A stretch of 64,000 nucleotides of DNA, from NCBI GenBank assembly GCA_951406725.2, contig OX597817.1, positions 61,566,001 to 61,630,000 on the forward strand. Direction: 5' to 3'. Positions within the stretch are counted from its first letter, which is position 1. Each line of letters starts with the position of its first letter. Source of the stretch: Octopus vulgaris (lineage: Eukaryota). The translations under genes and the position numbers were made by a program. Below, piece after piece: positions 35,687 to 50,375 of the stretch. Below the pieces are notes generated by a model, which ran no database searches, was not told the DNA's origin, and worked only from the letters and a program-made list of their open reading frames with translations.

Positions 35687-35939
35687 CATATAGATAGATA
35701 CATACATACATAATACATACATACACGCACATGTACATTTATGTACGATTCTAAGAGTGCATGTGGAAGAAGAAGAAGAAGGTGATGATGATGATGCTGA
35801 TCTAATTTTGGCAATGAATGAATAAACGATGATGAAGAATCCCCATTCCATGTCAGTCAGTGATCTCAGTAAAGAATTGCGTTCTTTCCTTCTGACTAAG
35901 TTCTCGAAAGTCGAAACACTTGTGTCTACTGCTACAGTT

Positions 35940-36205
35940 GCTGACGTCACAACACAATCCGATAATAATAATTATATGAAGAAGAATTCTTTCTGCTATC
36001 GGCACAAAGCCTGAAATTTTAAGGGGAGGGAACAGACGATTACATCGGCCCCAGTTGTCTACTGGTGCTTTATTTTATCGACCCCCGCGAAAGGATGAAA
36101 GGTAAAATTGACCTCAGAGTATACGAAATCGCGCTTTCGTTTACCCGGAACCGGAAGCTATGAAATTAAATTCCCCCCTCCCAGTTTCCGGTCAGCCACG
36201 CCCTC
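35940..36205. promoter_or_regulatory. Candidate housekeeping-type promoter
   Basis: TGACGTCA (CRE, 35942-35949); tandem ETS-type CCGGAACCGGAAG (~36145-36157); inverted TTCCGG (~36186); SP/KLF-type GCCACGCCC (~36195-36203). Locally CpG-rich non-repeat sequence, although a SINE fragment sits at ~35985-36118. Confidence 0.55.
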
Positions 36206-36253
36206 CATCAGAGCACACCGACCGGGTTTGAACCGCGATTGTTTTTGGCCAAA
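36190..36253 (+). other. Candidate non-coding first exon
   Basis: Ends at a consensus donor AAA|GTAAGT (GT at 36254) just downstream of the promoter motifs. The start is a guess. Confidence 0.4.
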
Positions 36254-36501
36254 GTAAGTTGTTCTGGAAACCTTTTAACTTAGATTATTTTTTGTATATA
36301 GTCTTTCTATGTTTTCATGTCTGATACATGAGTTTATAGATTTCATTTGTCTACTTTCTGCAAATCTTCTTTCTTTACTACCTCCCTCCCACTTCATTTA
36401 TATATATATATTCAATGAAACACAGACTCTCCTTTTATTGTTTGTTGTCGTTTTACCCCTTCCCGCAGTTGTCTTTTGAATCTATTTTATTTTTAAAGGA
36501 G

Positions 36502-36572
<71 letters not shown>

Positions 36573-39500
36573 CAATGCTGAACTTGCTTGGCAAGTGACT
36601 TGGTCTCGGAACGAAAAGGCATTGTAACTGGGGAAAAAAAACATCAAACCCTAATTATATCGTTAACAGTCTGTTATAATAAACATAATTTGTTTTCATC
36701 TAATATTGTTATGCGTCAATATTTCACTGTTGATGCAAGTTGCTCAGTAAATTTGTGTGTCAATGAATTCGATGTGCAACACGAACATTTTGACGCACAA
36801 AAATCTAGTCCTACCACACACACATATATATATATATATAATGCTTGTCCGTATAGATCGGATGAAATGTTTTCTTTATCCTCTGAAGAAAAGGAGGAAA
36901 GAAAAAATGCCTTCTCTATTGATAAACTGTAATCATAACGAGAAAGACGAGAAGAAAAATGAAATATAATACATTTCGTGAATGAATGAAAAAGATCTTT
37001 ATTTGAAATGTATTTTGTTTTCTTTTAAACTTCGATAAATTTATTTCCATTAAACATGATTTATTCTCTTCATGAATATAATTGGCATTCTTTCGGTATA
37101 TCCTTTAGGACTCAAACTTCGATCATATGGACGAAAAAAGGCTTAATATAATATATTCGTCACAATCTGCTTATATATATATATATAATGCATATATATT
37201 CATCTTAGGCAGTTTATATAATGTTTATATATCTATAAATGTTTTGACAATCGTGAATGTGTATATATATGAACGCTAACATTGATGGCGATGGACCTTG
37301 TAGTCTGACCGTAAGTTCACTGAGATCAAAGTTCACTCTTAAATCTGATCGATTTAAGTATGTGTATCTTAAATGCATTCTTCGTTCCATTTGGAAGAAC
37401 CTGCTCCCACTTGACATCATCAAATTCATTGCCTACCCTCTTCTCGAAACACATGACCGCCACATAGTCTTATTTTTTTTATTCAAACTCGTCGTTTTCT
37501 TCGTTTCCAAATATGGTTATTTCTACCACTTTTACCAACCATGAACATGGAAATCATCATCGAAATTCCACCTCATTCCCTCTTTTTTATTTCTTATTTC
37601 CTATTTAACAACCTTTATATTTCCTCACTTCGTTTCTTTTATCTAGCGTAACCCAGTTGCCTCTTCACACCCACTCCTTGGTTGTCAAATATCTTTAAAA
37701 GAATGTGTACCACTTGTCAGTACAATGATGTTACTATGTCTGATGATCACAGCGGTTGTGGTGGTCGTCATGTTATTTTTATCCTCTTTAATAACGTGAA
37801 TAATAACTCCATTTATAATTAGTTGATATATAGCAGTACTTCTTTTAATTGCCAGTTTATATATTCCAATTAAAAATTCCTTGAAGATTATGTAATAAAT
37901 AAGTCGTTAATTTATGTTTTGAATCTGTTTAAATTTCTAGGGACAAATGAGGGCTGCATTCCTTTCTACTGTTACCTTTCGTTTAAACTTCCAACATTGA
38001 ACAAATCTGAGGTCTACCTCAGCCATTCTTCTACCTCCACCTTCTGTAATTCTCTAATTTCAGTGCCTTGTATAAAGAGGAAAATAATCAATACTGAAAA
38101 TGGGGTTTTTTCAACTCAAATATTTTCGAGTAAATTGTTTATTTAGGAATAAACATTCCGTAGAAAATATTTAGTGAGAGTCACTGTTCACGTCACTGTA
38201 TCTAGGATAGGAAGATAAATAAATTAAGAAATTGTAAAGAAACATTTTGTAACGACAATAGTCATGTAATTTGCCCTTTATGTTAATGTATGAAAGTGGG
38301 TTTAAAATTTAATTTCATTATATAAAGCGCAATTACCGATACTTTATTGTTAAATTTGTTTTGGTGTAGGAAACATGTGGCCTACTCATTAGAAGACTAT
38401 GCTTCATCGTTTTATTTAATTTCCATATAAGTAATTATTCTGAATTCAAATCCTTTGGTGTTTAACTACACCCTCACTCAAAACTATGACCTTGTTTAAT
38501 GTAAGCAAGTGTTAGCATGTTCATTAGTATCTCCATTACAGAACTACTACTACTACTTTGGAAAGTAAAATTCCGGACAAAATAGTTTATTGTAAGTAGT
38601 TATGGTCCTTTACATTCTGAGTTCAAATCCCACCAAGATCAACCTAGCCTTTCATCTCTTTTGGGAGAGGGGGGGGGGGGGGATCAATTAAATAAAGTAT
38701 GTCTAGTACTGGGGGGTCGTTATAATCAAACTATAACCACTCTCCTCTTCAAAGTTGGCCTTGTGACTATCTGCCTTGCTTTAAGTTCAGTATTAAATTT
38801 AAATTTCTTAAACAAGATCTCGTCCTATTGTTAATTTTTTTATTCTCTTCATGTTCTTATGTATTTATTTTTATTTGTTATTTCACCTGTCTTATTTAAA
38901 AAAAAATTTGTACCGAAATGTTTTATTTGTTGTCTTCGTAGGAAATAGAAAATGATCGAGATACTTAAAAGGCATATTTCTATCACCGTGTTCGATTTTC
39001 CCATAACAGTGAAATAATGTCCTTTGCTCAGAATTGTTAGCTTACTGGACAAATATTTAGCAACATTTCTTCCGGCTTTTACGTTCTAAGGTCGACTTTC
39101 ATCCTTTCGGGGTCGATAAAATAAATACCAGCTGAATACTGGGGTTGATGTAATCGACGAATCCCGTACTTCAAAAATTTCAGGCCTTGTGCTTATAGAA
39201 GAAAAGATTATTATTCATGTGTTTACATATTTTGTAGATCTTTCTCTCCTTTCACCCTCCTTTTCTTTTTCTTTCTCCACATTTTTTGTAAACCCCCCCC
39301 CCCCCGCTTTTGATATCCTCCTCATCAATGTCTCTGTGGCAAATAAAAAAATCATCATTATTATTGGTATTTTTACAAGTGATGCTAGTAGTTCAACAAC
39401 ATGAAGCGGCTGAACCCTAATTTATGACCCCTATTTTCGTACACCATATTTTTGTGAGCCCCCTTCCTCTGCCACTGACTGAAAACATAATAATGCTTCA

Positions 39501-39834
39501 AAGATGATTTCTCAAAAACTCCAATTCAATTATTCAACAACGAATAAATATTTCCATTCAGTTGTTGGCAGTTCTTTTGACCGTATGTATGTCTCCTCTC
39601 TACTCTGATAGTCTTTTAATCATTATTTAAGGTGACGTTCTGTTTCGAATGTTGGATAACATCTTAAGTGTATAATATACATTACAAATGTATTCATAAT
39701 GTATTTGATACATTATATTAAATAACATGTAACTAGGTATGCAATGAAATATATATTATTTGTATATTTAGAGTTGTGGCCCAGTTGAAATTCTTGAAAA
39801 TTCTTGTATCTTCTTGTTTATATATATATATATA

Positions 39835-40095
39835 ACTGAAAGAAGCCTGTCGCATATATGTATATATATATATATGTGTTTGTTTGTGTGTCTGTGTTTG
39901 TTCCCCTAGCATTGCTTGACAACCGATGCTGGTGTGTTTACGTCCCCGTCACTTAGCGGTTCGGCAAAAAAGAGACCGATAGAATAAGTACTGGGCTTAC
40001 AAAGAATAAGTCTCGGGGTCGAGTTGCTCGATTAAAGGCGGTGCTCCAGCATGGCCGCAGTCAAATGACTGAAACAAGTAAAAGAGAAAGAGAAA
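39835..40095 (+). mobile_element. SINE family B 3' half
   Basis: Near-identical to 15885-16110. Confidence 0.85.
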
Positions 40096-40171
40096 GAGAT
40101 ATATATATATATATGATAAAATATGCTTTATTTTACTGAACCCTCATTTGTAGTTCACAAGAGAATCCATC

Positions 40172-40227
<56 letters not shown>

Positions 40228-40744
40228 GCATAATATAAACGAGGTCTTAACCTTGTATATTTGCAGAAACTTAGTATTTCCCCCCACCACCACCACCACT
40301 CTTTTCTTTTTCATATTTTAATCTTGGAAAGATCACCAGAACTTTTAAAGCGAACTTTTTTCTTATTAATAGAAACTGTTATATATTTTGTGTAATACAA
40401 TCTTACGTGTTTTGTGTCGATTCGTTTTTTTTTTTCAAGTTATCTTTTGTGTAATTATGCTACATCGTGTATGTAATTAGATATAATCAGTGTTTTCTGT
40501 TGACACGCAACTAAATGCACTTTTACTCCATATCATTATAAATATAGTTATTGCATGGACGGTATTTGGCTTATGCAAGAAAACAATACAGGAATTTATT
40601 TTTTTGTTGGCACATTTTGTTTTGTTATACGGAATTAAAATTTTCTTCAGTATGAAGGGGAGGAGATATTGTGCTGTGTGTAATAAGTATTCGTAAATAT
40701 TCTGAACCAGAACGAAGGTTGAAGGAGATATGAAGGCTTACTTG

Positions 40745-40801
40745 AACTGATATACAATGTGTAACTGATATACAATGTGTAACTGATATACAATGTGTAA
40801 C
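40745..40801. repeat. 18-bp tandem repeat x3
   Basis: aactgatatacaatgtgt occurs three times perfectly. Confidence 0.9.
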
Positions 40802-42740
40802 AGTGATAAAACAATGATATCGACGTTAATTTTGAAATACGTCTCATCTGCCCTAATTATTTATTCGTATTACATTACTTGCTATGACTATTCCATTTCA
40901 ACTCTTTTCAGGTTACTGTTTTTATTTTTAGGGGCTTTCTTATGTTGTCGTCTCCCTACTTTTCGTTTCAGCAATAAGACTTATTCGTGTTCTTTGTCAC
41001 ACGTAGAGGTTTCCATACTCTGTGTCTATGCGGTTAATCGATCTCTTTTATTTATTTTCATTTTAAAGCTATAGCTTAATATAAAAAATCTAAGAAAGTA
41101 AAAACAACAACAACAACAAAAAAAGAATTTGAGGAAATTTTGAAATAGTTTTGCCTTGAAGTCCCATACCTTGTGAGTCAAAGAAAGGGTAGTTAATTTT
41201 TTTCTTCTCTCTTGCCACCCCACTCACCGCACATTTAAAAATAGTTCCCGTGTTTCAGACAACGCAAATAACTAATCTTATATATATATATATATATTTT
41301 ATTTTTTTCCATTTTGCCCAATATTTTCATCTCCCCATCCCTTTCGAGCCGTTTTCCTTTCCCATTATTTATGGGATATACAGCAAAGGACAGCTGTTCT
41401 GAAATTCTACCAAATGTTCTATATATTGTTTCTTGATGATGAGAACGTATTTTTTTTTATGCAATATAAAATAATTTCAATTATGTTTTATGGTTTGTGA
41501 CTGGACGAAGGACTGTGTCCATGACCCCTCCCTCCATTTTGCAGGGTCTCCAAGACAGGTTAGAGAGGAAGGAAGATTTTGATGTCCTCAAACTGGACAC
41601 CTAGTCCTCAATGCTTGCAACATAATTAACTCTGCCACTTTACTAAAACCACCCATTGAGCGCCAGGTAGTGTTCAATCAGGCCAGATTAAGTTTACCAT
41701 CCATGTTTAGTTTTATAAGTGGGTATCACTGGTAAATTCCTTACAGGGCAAGTTATATTTTGTTCTTCTTCATACAAGAAGAGTTATCTTGCTCAGAGCT
41801 ACTTAATTTTGAACTCATATGAGCATGTGTCTTTTACTGTGGCACCAAGTTGACCAAAGTCTTGTGAGTGGATTTCATTGACAGAAACTGAAAGAAGCCT
41901 ATTTATATATATATGTGTGTGTGATTGTGACTCTTTGTTTTGACTTTGCACGATTGTTGTAAGCATGCCATTGTCATAAAAGCAGTGCCTTTTTCAGTTC
42001 CAATATTCTTGCAAAAGTGTGCCAGGCCATGAGGAAATATTACCTTGCTTTTGGAATCAGGAGACAGTTGGCAACAGGATGGGCATCCAGTTGTAGTAAA
42101 TGTCTCAAGCTTCGTCCAACCCACACAAATATGAAAAAGTGGACATTAAAATAGTGATGGCATGATACCTCACCATCTCTGACACCTACATACAACAACC
42201 TGTGATGTGATCAGTCAACTGCCACATCATACATTAGCATACATCACTCTCTCCCCCTCCCTCTTCTCCCTCCCTCCCAGCATTCATGTCAAGATTCTTA
42301 TTTCATGCTTGAACTGTTTCATAAATGTCTTGTCAATGAAATCTCTTGATTCACCAGGCTTTAAGCATCTTAATTTACAAAACAAAATATATCACCTGAC
42401 TCACCTCCTAGAGTTAAGACAATAAATAAAAAAAAATCTGTGGCTATGCAAGGACTAAGACAAATGTAGTTAAGAAACAAACAAGGGAAAATATTGCTGA
42501 CACTGGTGAGTTTTGCTTTTATATCTTTCATTTTTCTTTTAGAAGTATTTTAGTTCAGATTAAATGATACCTCACCATCTCTTTGTAGAATGGCATTCTC
42601 GTTTGGTTTCTAACCTTTGACCTTCTTCCTGTACCCCTTAAAAAAAAAATCTTAGTTTGGTGATTTTGTATCTTCATCTTTTACAGGTTTCACTTGTTGG
42701 GTTGCCTTGAAGTCAAACATGTCTTCTTTTTCAACACTTT

Positions 42741-43008
42741 TCATCATCATCATCGCAGTTTAACGCCTGCTTTCCATGCTGGCATGGGTTGGATGGTTTG
42801 ACTGAGGACTGGCAAGCCAGAAGGCTGCACCAGGCTCCAGTCTGATCTGGCAAGGTTTCTGCAGCTGGATGCCCTTCCTAACGCCAACCACTCCAAGAGC
42901 AAAGTGGGTGCTTTTATGTGCCACCGATATGAGGTTAGTCAGGCTGTACTGGCATCGACCACACTTGAATGGTTCTTTTTACGTGCCACTGGCATGAGGG
43001 CCATTGCC
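42741..43008 (-). mobile_element. RTE family 3'-end fragment
   Basis: (CAT)n...ccatgctggcatgggttgga...ggatgcccttcctaacgccaacc. Confidence 0.8.
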
Positions 43009-43918
43009 ATATTTATATTAAAATATCCTGCTTTTATTTCAATTGATTTTTTAAATAATGAAAAATTTATCAAAATGGCTTTCATAATTAAGCTGGTGTT
43101 TGTAACAAAAATTAACAAGAAATTTTGAGGGAAGAAGGTTTTTGGATGATTTTAAAATAGGGGTCAGTATCAAAGGGGTTAAAGTTTGCTTCTTATTCCA
43201 TTGGTTTCTTTCACTGAACTGCTAAGTTAAGGGAATGTAAACTACTTAGCACCGATTGTCAAGCAGGGACACACGCACATGAACACATGTCTAGTCCAAC
43301 CCATACCAACAGGGAATAGCGATGTTAAAGGATGATGATGATATATGACAAGCTTCCACTTAGTTTCTTCTGTCTACCAAATTTCTTTGCAAGGCATTGG
43401 TTAGTTCAGGGCTGTGGTTGGAGACACCTACAGTGCTGCAATGGGATTGAACCCAAAATGATATGGTTGCAAACTGAGCTTCTTAACCACAACCATGCCT
43501 GCACCTATATATACAACCCTCTTTAAATATGTACTTCATCTGTTGTTTATTTCTTGTGTAATGGTGGTTATACAGTTTTATATTTTCACACAACATGAAT
43601 TATGCTCCTGCACCTTCATCCTCAAATAATAAGTAGAGTTGTTTTGTAGAAAAACAAAAGCCTGTCTACTCCATTCACACACACACACACACACCTACTT
43701 TTCTTCCCCTCTCTCTCTCTTTCTCTGCAACATATGGTGAAGAAGTGATAAAAAATAATCTGTAACAATTCTCATTTGACATTTCCTTTCCACAATGACG
43801 TGGGATTGGTCTGTCTAGAACAGCTCTTTGAGGCTTTGTTGACTCAGTTGGGTCAAGTACAGCATAGAATGTTCTCTTGTTTCTCTTTTGGTAAAGTTTT
43901 CAGGTTGGTGCCTCTACA

Positions 43919-44222
43919 CTTATTATTATTATTACAGTAGTGTTATTTTTACTGTGTGCTTTCACTGCATTACTGAGTGCAGCTGTGTGTGTCTTTGGTA
44001 TGTGCTGTAGTTTGGATGTTTTTTATTGCATTGAATAAAATGTGTGTGGTACCTAGCAGTGCTATTTTCTCAAAGCTGTGTGTATCGGTAAGTTCTGGGG
44101 TTTTGGTTATCTGTCTACATTCTTTTAATCACACCCAAAGTACCTTTTATGATGAACTGTTTTTTGCCTTCAGGTTCCAGATCTTTGCATTTTGAGAGTT
44201 TCTCCAGTTCTTTTAGAGTTAC
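43919..44222 (-). mobile_element. Older R4/Dong-like 3' fragment
   Basis: Homologous to 11478-11840 (cagtagt...gtgctttcact...gcagct.tgtgtg) and also abuts (ATT)n. Confidence 0.7.
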
Positions 44223-46936
44223 ATTGTTTATTCTTTTCTACTCTAGGCACAAGGCCCAAAATTTTGGGGGAGGGAGACAGTCGATTAGATCGACCTCAAT
44301 ACACAACTGGTACTTAATTTATCGACCCCAAAAGGATAAAAGGCAAAGTCAACCTTGGCAGAATTTGAACTCAGAACATAAAGACAAAGGAATTACTGCT
44401 AAGCATTCCGCTCAGCGTGCTAATGTTTCTGCCAGTTCCCTGCTTTTACATTGTTTATTATTATTGTTTTACTTCTCAGAGCGCTCAGTCTTGTTTGCTT
44501 TGGTAGATTCTGTGAGAGCGGACAATAGCCTGCTGTCAGAAATCCCACAGGGTCTCTTTCCACACATTATAAGCTTTGATACTTGGCTGTTAATTATCAT
44601 GGGAGACATTCAACATCCAAGTACCAATCTCAAAAAAAAAAACCATCCAAGTAGCAATGTTAGTAGAGTCATAAGCACGAAATGCTTAGTAAGTTCAAAT
44701 TTCGCCAAGCTCAAAACTTTGCCGTTCATCCTTTCTGGGTTGATAAATCAAGTACCAGTCAATCACTGGGATCAAAGTAATTGACTTATCCTTTAGCAGA
44801 AAGAATAATTACTATTATAACAGTGGGTTGGCATAATCATTAGCATACGGGGCAAAACGCTCAGTGGCATTTTGTCTCTTCACATCCTGAGTTCAGATTC
44901 TGCCAAGATTGACTTTGCCCTTCACTTTTTGGGGTTGATAAAATAAATACTTGTTGAGCACCAGGGTTGATGTAATCAACTAGCCCCCCCTCCCTCAAAA
45001 TTTCAGGCCTTGTGCCTATGATAGAAAGGGTCTTTTCTGAGGACAAGGTGTATTCATTGTCAATAAGTTTTCAGTTTCTCCCAGTCATCCTGTGAGATGT
45101 ATTTGAGTTGCCAATTTCTGTATTTCTGAAAATTTAGCCATATAGTTTTTCACATATTTTATATATATTTCTATCTATATACTGTTTTGTATGTTGCTAA
45201 ACATTAAACGTTTTGTTGGTCTTTTCTTTTTCTGAAAAAACAAAAAAGCTTGAAAATTTGAAGCTTGCTTTGCAACTATGAAGTTTCAGGTTAAGTTCCA
45301 CTCTGTGCTGTACTTTGAGCAGGTCTCTTCTACTATAACCCTCAACTGATCTTGTGAATGAATTTAGGAGATGGAAATTGCATGGAAGCCTGTTACGTGT
45401 ATGCGTGTGTATTTGTATTTGTTCCTCCACCATCACTTAACAATTCGTGTTGGTTTGTTTATGTCCCTGTAACTTAGGATTTCAGCAAAAGAGACTGACA
45501 GAATAAGTACAAGCCTTTAAAATAAGTCCTGGGGTTGATTTGTTCAAAGAAGCCCTTCAAGGTAATGCCCCGGCATGACCATAGTCCAATGACTGAAACA
45601 AAAAGGAGCTCTTATTAACACAGATATTAACTGTTCCCAAGTATAAGGCTGTGCTGCTGCTGCTTCAACTTCTTGTTTTACTTCCATTCACCCCCTGCAA
45701 ACCTCCTCTAATTTTGAAACCTGCATTTGAGAAATTGTTAGCATAAATTTTGTGTATGAATGTAGAATTAAATCTAGTGACAGAATGTAGAATTAAAACT
45801 CTAGGTTCAGTCTTGGCTGTGTGGTCTGGGCTTCAATCCCATTGCACAGTACCTTGGACAATATGTCTTTTACTGCAGTCCCAGGTTGACCAAAACCTTG
45901 TGGGTGAATTTGGCTGATGAAAACTGAAAGAAGCTTGTCATATCATCATCATCATCATCGTTTAACGTCTGCTTTCCATGCTAGCATGGGTTGGACGATT
46001 TGACTGAGGATAGGCAAAGCAGATGACTGCCCCAGGCTCCAGCACCCTAAGAGATCGATAGATAACATCACCGCAAGGACGGGTCTTGACATGATTATCC
46101 TGAATGCATTTGTCTAGGATTGAGTACTATGGAGACAACTATCTCATGTTGTTGCACATTCTATTCCAGGCAGCGGTAGCTGGAAATGAGTGAGTGGGGG
46201 TGGTGTCAGGACGAGGACACACACATGATGGTCTTCTTTTGGTTTCCATCTACCAAATCCTTTCACAAAGCTTAGGGCTATTATAGATGGAAATTGCCCA
46301 AGGTACTGCATGTGGGATTGAACCTGGAACCACATAGTTGTGAAGTTAACTTCTTAACCTCACAACTATTTAATATATATAATGGCATTTAGTAACCTAT
46401 AAAACTACAATAGTATATTAGTAATTCAGTGGGTTACTAGGGAAGGTTTAGTAATTAATGTATATTAAATATAATCTTCACTGATAGCCACCTCGACCAG
46501 ACAGTCTCACAAATCACTGACTTTAGTGACTGACCAGTTTGTACTTGGGCACAGTCTGATAAATGTAGACATTCTGACAATCCTCTTTGTCATTTGTATG
46601 TTAATTAGATTCACAGCTATCTGTAGGAAAAGTGTCAAATTAGAAACCTGATAATAACAGTTAATTGTCTTTTGGTAACAGGTTTTAATTCAGATAATGT
46701 TTGGTACAAGAGGTGAAAGAGATAAAGACAAAGTCCACAGATATAAATGTGTGGCTGGTATTCATTTGAATGATGACTGTCTCAGGAGAAAGAATAAGTG
46801 TTTTTATTTTTTTGAGATATTTTCATCAAATTTGGGTCAGTTTGTTTTCATGACAGATTCAGTCAGTCTGACTCAATCACAGCTCCAGGTGACCTTGGAA
46901 CTAGTCACAGGCCTTCGTCACTATTTCTTGTTTTAG

Positions 46937-47034
46937 ATCAGTGAAGGCCCTGGTAATCCTGCTCCTCAGCTTCTCCTTTATGTTGCAGCTGGAATTGTTG
47001 GTCTCTTGTTCCACCCCACACAAAGAATTTGAGG
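46937..47034 (+). CDS. Candidate 98-bp exon of an unidentified gene
   Basis: Acceptor tttcttgttttag| and donor GAGG|gtaagt in non-repetitive sequence. One frame is open throughout: SVKALVILLLSFSFMLQLELLVSCSTPHKEFE (hydrophobic, signal-peptide-like, internal ATG at 46980). Confidence 0.45.
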
Positions 47035-47400
47035 GTAAGTTTTGGAGGCCAAATGTCAGGTACTGTGTGATCAAAGAAATTCTCTGATGGCCAGAGAAAA
47101 AGAAAAAGAGTAACACGATTAGATAGTGAAAAACGGGCTTTAAAATGATATATAAAGTCAAAATAATTTAACGAGAATTAATTTAAAAATACATTTTTTA
47201 AAACCAAAATTAAAAATTCCACAAGAACTTTCTTGACAACCTAATAATTATAACATTGATACAAGCCTATAAAGTGACAAAATAAAATGAAGGTACCAAG
47301 GAAATCAAGGAAATATGCACGATTTTACCTCATAACCAGTCCTCTACTACATTCTGTTTTGAGGACTTTATCTCTCATCAGGTGGTGTGTGTGTGTGTGT

Positions 47401-47682
47401 GTGTGGCTTAGTGGTTAGGGTGTTGTGCTTGTGATTGTGAGATGGTGGGTTCGATTCCCAAACTGGGCGTTGTGTTGTTGGGCAAAGCACTTCATTTTAC
47501 ATTGCTCTGCAATCATTTTGTCATCTGACATGTATTACATTGTGCACCTGTACAGGTAATGTCGATTTGATGGAGGGACTGAGCTTATGTGAACACAAAC
47601 ATTTGATTGCTACAAACAAATCATATGTGGTTGTTCAGCAAGAAATTGCCAGCCCCTCATATGTCGTTTAACGACAGGAGTC
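47401..47682 (+). mobile_element. SINE family C
   Basis: gtggcttagtggttaggg...gggttcgattccc head; homologous to 7268-7560. Confidence 0.75.
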
Positions 47683-49194
47683 TGTGGTATGTATATACAT
47701 ATATAAAATTCAGTGTCACCATTTGGGTAGTAGTGTTATGGTTTCCATACCGCATTGACAAAAAGTCTAGCAGCTCATTAGTTCAACAGGTGAAAATATG
47801 GTACAAAGTGCCTTACTGTGAATAAGCAAAAATTGACAGTAGCAAGGGCACATAGCTGTAAAATGTTGCCCTAAGAAGTGCTGACTAACCCATACTAGCA
47901 TGGAGAGGGCAAACATGTAGATGATGATCATTCAGGCAGATTTATAATGTGTAACAATAGTAGTATTAATGTTAGAGATGTGTCTTGGTTGAGTTCAAAT
48001 CCTACCTGTTTACTATTTATATATCGTACCTTGTAACTACACCATTTTGTTATTCTTATTCTTATATAGTAATAAACTTTCGTCTCTTTTCATTGTGACT
48101 TTACATGAGCCAAATCTCATGTATTTTGCTGTGGCCACTCTGTTGGTCATTTATTGGACCGAAGTACATTTGATTGTTTAAAACATGTAATCTCTCTCAT
48201 TATATGCAGGTATGGCTGTATGGTTAAAAAGCTTGGTTTGTAACCATTGGTTTTGGGTTCAATACCACTGCATGGCTTCTGAAGCCCTGGGCCAAACAAT
48301 GCCTTGTGAGCAAATTTTGTCAGACACAACCTCTATAAGGGCCTTTTGTGTATGTGTGGGTGTGTGTGTGTTTCCCCACAATTGCTTAACAATCAGTGTT
48401 GGTTTGTTTGAATCCCTGTAACTTAGTAGTTTGGCAAAAGAGACTGATAGAATAAGTGCCAGGCTTAAACAACAAAAATAATTATAATAAAAATGAGTAG
48501 AGGGGTTTATCTGTTCCACTAAACACTTCAAGGCAGTGCCCTAGGATTGTCACAGTCCTGTGACAAACAAAAGGTAAACACGCACATACACACACATGGT
48601 TATATTTGCATATGGCCTACGTGGCTGATTATAAAAACGGGTGGGATTTGTGACATCATAATCAGTTAATGTCTGTGTTCCAATAAAATTAAAATCTGAT
48701 TTAAAATAAATTATACAATTAAAGCTGTATATATAAATTTAAAGTTTCCATCTGCGATGTCAGTTTATATTCTCAGCTAGTTTGTGTTTCACTTTTCTCA
48801 TCTTCTTTATGAATTGTTAGTTTATTTATATCTTGATATTCGTTTATTTAGTGTTCGTAACAAAAAGCTGATTATGTCTGCAATTAAAGACCTCATTATT
48901 TTTTCTTTAGTTTTTCCTATTCCCAAGAATGGCCGTTAGTTTCTTACTGCTCCTCTTTACACACTGATATTATTTTACATGAATGTGTTCAGGCATGGCT
49001 GTATGGCTTAGAAGCTCGCTTCCCAACTATGTGGTTTTAGGTTCAGTTCCACTGCACAACACCTTGGGCACATGTCTTCTACTATAGCCCCAGGGCAACC
49101 AAAACCTTGTAAGTGGATTTGGTTGACATAAACTGAAAATAATCTAACATTTGTATGTATGTGGGTTTACACTAGCCATGACATCATGTGATGG

Positions 49195-50375
49195 CTGTTA
49201 ATGTCTATTTTCCATGCTGGCATGGGTTGGATGGTTTGACTGGAGCTTGCCAGCCAAAGAGCTCTCCAAGCTCCAGTTGTCTGCTTTGATATAGTTTCCT
49301 AATATCAAGCACTCTGCAGAGTGTACAAGCCTGCAGGACAGGGATCTCTCAGCTGACAGTTATGTGTTTGTATGTATAGATGGTCCAAATTTTACTAGGC
49401 TTGACACAGCACATCACCAGAAATTTCAGTTCCTAATGTCTAAAGATCCTCTCTCATCACTTCAGCCCATGTCTTCCTGGGTCTGCTCTTTTTGCATGTT
49501 CCATCCTCAATTAGAGATCAGTACATTTTATGCAGCTGTCCTCATCCACATGCATCACACGACCATACCAGCACAATCTTATCTCTTGCACACTATATCT
49601 GATGCCTCTTTTACCCAATTTTTCTCTCAAGTCACTTACACCCTATTGTATATGCACACTGACATTACCCACCCAATGGAGCATGCTGACTTCACTTCTT
49701 TCAAGCTTTCACATGTCCCCAGTAGTCACATCCCATGTCCCAATACTAGGTAGCAAAGCTATTCATACACAGGCATCATACAATCTGCCTTTCACTCTGA
49801 GAAAGAGGCTCTTTGTTACCAACAAAAGTAGCAGCTCTCTGAACTTTGCTCAACCTGTCCTTATTCCAGCAACTTTCAGTGCTTCCTCCTCCGCTACTAA
49901 CTTTGTCGCCTAAGTATTGTAAACTATTCACTACTTCTAAGGATACTCCAGGACATTTGGGGGAGTCCTCGTGTTTATTGTACCTGTGCATCTGCCATGT
50001 TAATCTTCCTGTGATATTGCTGCACCTCTTGTGTGTCCATAGCTTGCACCAGGTACACTGTATGGAGTTTCTGCCAACACCTTTTTTATATACCAAGCAA
50101 GGCCATTGCTCTAAAGGATTCTGTGATTTGTCTGTTTTCCAACTTACTAGGACTTTGGTCCTTTTGATTCTAGATGTTGTTTCCTTGAAATTTCTTAGCG
50201 TTCTTGTTGCATTTCAGCAATAAGAACAAGGTCATCAGTGTATAGGAACTCCCAAGGACAGCCAGTTTTAAATAGCTCTGTTTTGGCCTGGAGGACAATG
50301 ATAAGCAAGAGGGGTCTGAGAAGTGATCCTTGATGAACACCTACCTGTACACTAAATTTTTTGCTGTCTGTAGTC
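49195..50375 (-). mobile_element. Decayed RTE LINE
   Basis: VGVHQGSLL.PLL, PWEFLYTDDLVLIAE and KGVGRNSIQCTWCKLWTHKRCS match 29022-31211. Confidence 0.85.

Noticed and set aside
35890-35930. Hammerhead-like ctgactaag...gtcgaaacacttgtgtc
   Set aside because: G8 of the core is missing (CUGACUA) and no stem I can be formed.
37214-37544. Overlapping ORFs in unique sequence
   Set aside because: No recognisable motif or convincing splice boundaries.
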